Shown in pieces: positions 56,573 through 64,000 of a DNA stretch of 64,000 nt. Where the stretch lies: NCBI GenBank assembly GCA_951406725.2, contig OX597824.1, positions 6,014,001 to 6,078,000 of the forward strand. Reading direction: 5' to 3'. This DNA is from Octopus vulgaris. Taxonomy: Eukaryota. The translations under genes and the position numbers were made by a program. Within the stretch, counting starts at the first letter, position 1; each line of letters opens with the position of its first letter. The notes under the pieces are model-generated. The model had not been told where the DNA came from. It searched no databases and was given only the letters and a program-made list of their open reading frames with translations.

Positions 56573-57690
56573 TATACACTCAACAGAATAGACTGTTCGA
56601 AGAGAAAAGAATCCTAACATCGGGCGAAAACAAATAGTCTTAGATGCGAAGAACCCTCCCAAGTAGCCTAGCTGTCCCTAATAACACTGTTTTCTACACT
56701 TGTACTAAACAGGACTTTATGACTGTTTCCTATATCCATGTGTTCAAATCTTTAGGGATGGTTCACACTGCACCTATAACTACTGGGATACATTTTACCC
56801 GCACTTTGCACAGTTTTTTTCATCTTCATCTCTATCTGGTTATCTTGCTTCAATAGTTTAGTCAGTGTTTATCGGAATTTGAAAAGGGCTGACACTTCTC
56901 ATTCTATATCTCGGACTCTGGTTTGAATTTACACCACTTTTCTGTTGCTTTGTCGCCACACACTCGACTAACATCTAACTGCGCTCTTATACTCCTTTCT
57001 ATTCTCAATCAAAAGGCGATTGTTACTTTCGCCTCCTTTCCTGCACAATCTACATTTGATGTCTGTGTCTGACTGTGTTCTCTTTGGCCAACTTTGATTT
57101 TATCAGATTTTTACTAGCGGCTTCTTCTTCTTCTGTTACGTTTCTGTTTCAAGTTCCCGTCTGTCAACCAGAATCAACGCTGTTTGCTTCCAAAAGTTTC
57201 GGTTTCTTGCATGAATTTACCATGTATTTCCATTTCTTTTCCCTTTCTTCTTTTGTTATTCTCCCCTTTGTCTTTGAATTCTCCTACTCTTTCAGTCACA
57301 GTTCGGTTATTTCCGGCAGCCGATAGTATTTTTTCTTTACACTGCACTTCATGGTCTTTCATCAAACCCAGTATCGCAGAGTTAAATGTGTCTTCTGCGT
57401 TTAGTAATCCCCTGCCACCTTCCTTTCTTGGTAGGCAGAGTCGGTCGGTCGCTGCGCATTGTGAGCAGCTTTCTAGTTCTATCCAAGATCTGTGACTCGA
57501 TTTTAACCGATTTCAGAAAGGGGCTAGAGTATCTTAATACTGACATAGCCCATAGTTTTCACGATGTTCCTTCCATTTAATTTGCTTCGAGCACCCTCCC
57601 CTAATTCTCCTCTTGTACTTTCTCTCTAACTTCTCCTTCTAATATCCTACCGTCTTGTACCCCTCATTATTCCACAGAGATCTAATGATG
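56572..57690 (-). mobile_element. R4/Dong-type LINE fragment, 3' end abutting (TTA)n
   Basis: RLCLPRKEGGRGL, CIPVVIGA, KTVLLGTARLLGRVL; (TTA)n 56499-56570. Confidence 0.8.
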
Positions 57691-57825
57691 TCAAGTGTGT
57701 TGAGAGAATATGACGAAAAACGGAATCAGATGAAGCGAGAGTGATAGAAGCCCGCTCATATACTCGTACCACTTTATATAGCTCGGAAAATAAATAAGAG
57801 CGCCAAGGACAATTGCTGTTTTATT

Positions 57826-58059
57826 TATTTTTCTTTACTACCCACAAGGGGCTAAACACAGAGGGGGACAAACAAGGACAGACAAAGGGATTAAGTCGAT
57901 TACATCGACCCCAGTGCGTAACTGGTTCTTGATTTATCGACCCCGAAAGGATGAAAGGCAAAGTCGACCTCGGCGGAATTTGAACTCAGAACGTAACGAC
58001 AGACGAAATACGGCTACGCATTTGGCCCGGCGTGCTAACGATTCTGCCAGCTCGCCGCC
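57826..58059 (-). mobile_element. SINE family B (tRNA head, Meta-domain-like), full length
   Basis: Minus strand ggcggcgagctggcagaatcg..gagttcaaattcc..gcctttcatcctttcggggtcgataaa..gtagtaaagaaa. Confidence 0.9.
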
Positions 58060-59210
58060 CCAATTACTGTAATATTGGTAGTTGACTCGGTCAGAATAGA
58101 AGCTGAATATGGACGATGAATGTCAGTGAGAGAACAAGGAGGAAAAATTGAACAGAATAACGACGACTCACCTGAGTTAATGATATGTAAAACACCCAGA
58201 GTAATCCGAAACTTGAAGATGCTCAACCAGGGCAGAACAGCACCAATAACGTTATGCATTTCTTATGGTAAACTATCATAATGCTAATCTGCCGCACTTT
58301 ACAAACCAATAAAAAATATTTGAAATGTGAAATGACATTTTTCTCCTTTAGTGGTTTATGTAAATATTCTATCGATATCCGCAGTGAGATTTTCCGTTAA
58401 TTAGTTTGATTTATTGACAAATGTGTTTCATCAGTTCCATTATGAACGTTTCCTATAACTATTCAAATAACAAATGATATTCCCCACAATGTATATTAAT
58501 ATGAAAATGAATTAACACATTTAACAAACCAGATGAAAGAAATGACTTTAAATGAATCAGTTTAGCCCAGCTAACTATAAAACATTGGAATGTAACAGAT
58601 GATTCGTGATTATTAGACATCAGTGTCTGATACTAATTGTTATCATAAGAAACGTTTGTACAGCTTTAGTCTTCACCCACTTTATAGTGTTGCTAAACTC
58701 AAACGTTATCATTATGCCGTTCATTTGTGTGCATTATTTTATGCATTTGTGTAAAATGTAATACTTACGATCTGCGCTAAAATCGAAACTTTTGCAATTG
58801 AAAACTTTTATTTACAATTTTCCCGTAACTTACGTCCATGTTTGTATGCACAAACTAAATATAAAGTAACATATGACATGTAAGAGGGAAAAATACTTTT
58901 GCGTGATGGTTGCCAATTTCAAGATTTTTGTCAACTACAAACATATTGAATGACAAAAACGTATTCAAATTGTTTCGTGAGATGTTCATATTCCATCTAA
59001 TAACGAAAAGAAAAAATGATATTTTGATCTCAATTTTTGCATCATATTGTTTTATTTTAATATAAATTGATTTAAGGATTTTAAATTCAAGGGAGGCCCT
59101 GGAGTATAAACAATTCATATAACCATTATCAATAGCTACTTTTCCACAGGTACAATATCAGGAACATTTTGGTTGTTAACCTTATATCGTAGAGAAGGAG
59201 AACGAATATA

Positions 59211-59238
59211 TATTTCTTTACTACCCACAAGGGGCTAG
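59211..59238 (-). mobile_element. SINE family B, last ~27 nt only, with 14-bp TSD
   Basis: ggagaacgaatata at 59197-59210 and 59239-59252. Confidence 0.85.
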
Positions 59239-59722
59239 GGAGAACGAATATACTTAATCAGATATACTTAATGAAGTGCGTATATACGGTCCCATTAATC
59301 GATGTGTGCTTCCTGCTTTTGATCTCCGGTTGAAACAGTTTTTACTTCAGTAATATCAGGAGTGGTAGTAAAAAAAAAAAGGTGAATCTTATTACAAGCG
59401 CATATCACAAATGGCATAGATTTGGTTCCTTTGCCAATGTGAGAAAGCAGTGTAATATCAATGAGTTTATATGAGCTATCTCATATAAACAGAAATTCTT
59501 TATGAAAAAGTGAACCTTAAGGATATAGAAAACAGAGCGGTTTAATCCGATTATTAAACAAATGCCGTATATAATAATTTTTTTCTTTTAGAATATTAAT
59601 CAGTCTTTATGCCTAATTTCTGCCTTTCCTTCCAAAACGAATGCTCTTACAGATTACATTTCTTGTCTATTTCTGAAAAGGAGCTGATTAATTACTGGCA
59701 ACGAAAAAGATTTTCATGTTCA

Positions 59723-60104
59723 TCTCTCTATATATAAACGGCAGTTTGTCTGTGTGCGTGTCTGTGTGTCTGTTAGGTTGTACCCTCACCCTGACCACGG
59801 CTTTCAACCGATTCTGATGAAACTTGACACACACATAGCCCAATGTCATAATTCAAAACTAACGCAGCGAAAATTTTGAAAAGTTCCCCCAGTTCTGAAA
59901 ATAATCGATAAATTCGACATGGGGTCGAGAATCAGAAACACAAACCACAGAATGTCTAGGGGACGCAACTCGACCTTTTTACTCTCAAAAAAAATTACCA
60001 TCATTTTTTTTCCATTTTTTTGCTATTTTTTGGCTATAACTCTCTAAAAATGCTTTATAGTTATTTCCCTTACAAACCCGAGCAGCGCCGGGCGATACTG
60101 CTAG
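59723..60104 (+). mobile_element. Non-autonomous Helitron
   Basis: A|TC..cccgagcagcgccggg hairpin..CTAG|T, no TSD. Confidence 0.88.
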
Positions 60105-60967
60105 TAATTTGATAAAAACATAACAAAATATCTTCAGATATCATCGATTACACTCACGCTTATTCCCGTGGACAGATAATCTTATTAACAGCATAGCACA
60201 CACACACACATGAAATCACATGTGTCCGTACGTGTTAATTTACCATCAGCCGGCTTACATTTGAGGTTATTATTTGATGTGCAGAAACAGGAAGCAGGAT
60301 AATTCAATTGTACTTATCCATCAGAGTCTATTTCTTCGTCAGATTGAGTCTATAACAAACAAATGTAGATATTAATTGAATTGTTTACAATACGAAGTGG
60401 TTTCCATGAAGTGAATGATACAACGATATGTCGGATAGATGGAAATATCATGCGGTGTTGACACAGATAATGACACTGAAAAACGATAAAATGAAAGAAA
60501 AATCTAAGCATTTAATTCTATTCAACTAATCAACATATTTCTAAATCTGTAGACAATCGATGATGTACGAAAATGATACAAACATTAAAAGAAAATGAAA
60601 TCCATATGTATAAATATAATTAAGCACCGTGAGAGGTATTATATTATAAATCATTATAGAACTTAACATGCTCAAACGAAAGAGAGTGACACTGTAATGG
60701 CGGATTATCTTTATAGATTATACATTGCTCATTGCGAGCTATCAATATTTATGTGAATGTATATGTATACTTGTATATACATACATACATGTATACATGT
60801 ATGTATTTATCCATCGCTTTAAATATTTATCTATCAATATGTGTATATAGATATAAAGATAGAAGCGTTATTAAATAAGAATAGCCATGTATGTATCATA
60901 CTTAATGTAAATATGCCGTTGCCAGACAACGACGTATTTTTTTGATTAACTATATATATATATATAA

Positions 60968-61053
60968 ACGTAAAGGACTTTTTTTTTATTCCTGAGCCTT
61001 ATTCTAATACACCTGTTTGTTTTGTCTTCGTCTTTTTTTTTTTCGTAAACTCT

Positions 61054-61057
<4 letters not shown>
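60968..61057 (+). mobile_element. Short (TA)n-flanked repeat terminus (same family as 19200-19317)
   Basis: Shared end cgtaaactctccc-(TA)n. Confidence 0.6.
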
Positions 61058-61086
<29 letters not shown>

Positions 61087-61087
<1 letters not shown>

Positions 61088-61456
61088 TAGCAGTATCGCC
61101 CGGCGTTGCTCGGGTTTGTAAGGGAAATAACTATAAAGCATTTTTAGAGAGTTATAGCCAAAAAATGGGAAAAAAATTATGGTAAAATTTTTTTAGTTAA
61201 AAAGGTCGAGTTGCGTCCCCTAGACAGTCTGTGGTTTGTGTTTCTGATTCTCGACCCCATGTCGAATTTATCGATTTTTTTCAGAACTGGGGGAACTTTT
61301 CAAAATTTTCGCTGCGTTAGTTTTGAATTATGACATTGGGCTATGTGTGTGTCAAGTTTCATCAGAATCGGTTGAAAGCCGTGGTCAGGGTGAGGGTACA
61401 ACCTAACAGACACACAGAAACACACACAGACAAACTGCCGTTTATATATAGAGAGA
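61087..61456 (-). mobile_element. Non-autonomous Helitron, near-identical inverted copy of 59723-60104
   Basis: CTAG at 61087-61090, hairpin, 5' TC at 61455-61456. Confidence 0.88.
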
Positions 61457-61640
61457 TATACACATACCAATGTTTATTTTTACGTTATAATAAATTCAAT
61501 TTTAAATTAAATTGTAATATTACTCTATACATTTGTTGTATACAAATTTATTCTTTAACAACAATAGTATTGACAGTAACTTCGAAGTTTTAGCTAGCTA
61601 AGCTTTTACTCACAGCATATTCCTACGAGGTATTACCTCA

Positions 61641-61820
61641 ACGCTTGACAACAGTTGTTACGTGTTTTTTATTCTCGGAATCTAACGGTTCGGCGAAGGA
61701 AGCCAATAAGAAAAATACCATGCATAAAAATATGCACTGGGGCTAATTTACTCGACAAAATCCGTCAAGGCGTTACCCCAGCTGGGTCGCCTCCCAATGA
61801 CTGAAACAAGTAAAAGATAA
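61641..61820 (+). mobile_element. SINE family A, old 3' half
   Basis: cgcttgacaac..aacggttcggc..aatgactgaaacaagtaaaaga. Confidence 0.7.
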
Positions 61821-62352
61821 CAGCTAATACAACTAGTATTCTGTTACTTTGGGCTTGTTTACTTAATGTGGGGTAGTATCTCGTGTTCATTTAATGGTTT
61901 TCAGTATCGCTCCTTTTTTCTTCCTCGCTAGAAAAATGAATTGCTTGAAATGAAACCTAAATAATGTCTGAGCACGGATATCAATAATTGTCATAAACCA
62001 GGTTGCTCGAAGATATAGTCTTACAAAACGTAGAAATACGTCAATTCGCGAACCCATTCGCTGGAATTTAGTGGCAGAAGAAAAAAAAAGCTTAGTTTGA
62101 TAAGGACAGATTCCATAAAATTTAAATTTGTATAAGTTTCTTTAATTAGCTTGTAGTCGGAATGTCCCTGAGCCATGAGATTACTTGGAAACGGAAGAAA
62201 AAAAAGTTTTGTATGACTAGCGAAAAATAAAAAGAACTAGAAAAAGAAATCTTGAATGAGACACAATTATGGATATATATATATATATATAAATGTCTGT
62301 GTGCGTGCGTTTGTGTGTGTGCATGTTTGTGTGCGTGTGCATGTATATGCCA

Positions 62353-62449
<97 letters not shown>

Positions 62450-62556
62450 GCAAAACTATATACATGAATATACGTGTACATATTTATGTTTGTTTGATTG
62501 TTAGACGTAAATACAAACATAGACATATACTTACATACACATACATACATAAATAA

Positions 62557-62587
<31 letters not shown>

Positions 62588-62924
62588 CATATACATATAT
62601 ATATGCCGTAGGTAATGACAGTAGATGACGTAAGTAAAAATATCTGAATGAAAAAAAACGTCTTTGAGTTTGGATCAAGAAACGAAAACTTAGCAGAAAT
62701 TTTTCACGACCATCATAGTAATCGGGAGATTCACTTTTAAGAACTTAAGAATTACAAATAATAAAAAGTTATGCTAAGTGCCAAACGTCTCTCTTATTAG
62801 CGGGGACTCTGTCATCAATGGTAATGTGTTAGCCTTACTGGATCTCGTTAGTATTTGATCAATTAAGAGAACGATCTGTATATACGTATGTATATGTGTG
62901 TGTGTATATATATATATATATATA

Positions 62925-63098
62925 CTTTATTTTAAGCAGCAGAAAATTCAACAAAATCTGTTACTCTGAGTTTCTCCGAGAAACTCAGAGTAACAGATTT
63001 TGTTGAATTTTCTGCTGCTTAAAATAAAGCATATTACTCTACCACTGGTATTTGAGTACTCTTTTTTCCACCTTGTTTCACATTTATGTGTTTACTCC

Positions 63099-63100
<2 letters not shown>
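62925..63100 (+). mobile_element. (TA)n-flanked perfect fold-back (52-bp arms) carrying the hammerhead 3' half
   Basis: 62925-62976 is the exact reverse complement of 62978-63029; GAAACTCAGAGTA; AATAAA; tail, then (TA)n. Confidence 0.8.
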
Positions 63101-63137
<37 letters not shown>

Positions 63138-63361
63138 CCCTGGACCGGATTCCGGTTAGTCGCAGAGTTCCACAGTTTTGCCTGTCGAGTGGTTTGGAAC
63201 AAGGTTAAATGAAGTGTTTGCTCCAGAGCACAACCCATCGTCCTGTCCAGGAATCGAAAGTATAATCTTACGATCCTGAGTGCATTACTGCATCATTTAC
63301 ACCGTGTGACTCCACAAGCATTATATATGTGTGGTGGTGGTGGTGGTGGTGGGGGGAGTGT

Positions 63362-63518
63362 GTTCAAATTCCGCCGAGGTCGACTTTGCCTTTCATCCTT
63401 TCGGGGTCGATTAAATAAATACCAGTTACGCACTCGGGTCGATATGATCGACTTAATCCGTGTGTCTGTCCTTGTTTATCCCCTCTGTGTTTAGCCCCTT
63501 GTGGGTAATAAAGAAATA
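63362..63518 (+). mobile_element. SINE family B, 5'-truncated
   Basis: Matches the reverse complement of 57826-57985. Confidence 0.9.
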
Positions 63519-64000
63519 GGTGGAGGTTTTAGATATTACGGTATATGTTGATGTCAAATTTTTATGAATGGCATTAATAAAAATTCATTCCAGCAGAAGA
63601 AAAGAACAGAAGAAAAATGTACGTAATTCTTTGAAGAATATGCGTCAGCAGACTTGTGGTGAAAGGTTAAATGCCAGAATTTCATAAACTGTGATTTTCA
63701 CGAATTCCTTTTCCAAAGAGTTAATAGAACTGTTAAACGTAATGAGTGATCGGGTGCAATCAGTTAAAAGAGAGCAGAATTACTCTATAGCTATAGTAAA
63801 TAATTAATGGAGCTTTAGAAGTCCTCTGAAATTTCAAAGCCACATATTAATAAACTAGAATCACAGACATTGCGGAGTCTGAGTTGCAATATTTGCTCTT
63901 TCGAGTTTCTCATTGGCAAATATGCCAAAAACATCAAATATTGCGATTTCAATTAATAGCGATGCATCTATGTGCATGAATGTATGTATGTATATATATA

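Overview
AT-rich, microsatellite-dense eukaryotic non-coding DNA. The SINE families and repeat landscape look like an octopus/coleoid cephalopod genome (inference). No host protein-coding gene can be supported, and most ORFs in the track are translations of (TA)n/(TG)n/(GATA)n repeats. The window is a mosaic of tRNA-derived SINEs (at least 3 families), 5'-truncated LINEs (CR1/L2-type, R4/Dong-type next to (TAA)n, and an RTE-type copy with an open frame and three C2H2 fingers), a Gypsy LTR-PBS-gag-protease remnant, three non-autonomous Helitrons and a pogo/Tigger-like MITE. The most interesting signal is a set of short elements embedded in (TA)n that carry hammerhead ribozyme (HHR) motifs and often fold back as palindromes, consistent with Penelope-like element termini. 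They include canonical type I HHRs, a G3:C8-swapped core variant, and a three-copy family whose HHR strands lie in a non-circularly permuted (pseudoknotted) order with compensatory base changes between copies (6098-6166 +, 17937-18004 -). All structures were folded by eye and none is experimentally shown to cleave.
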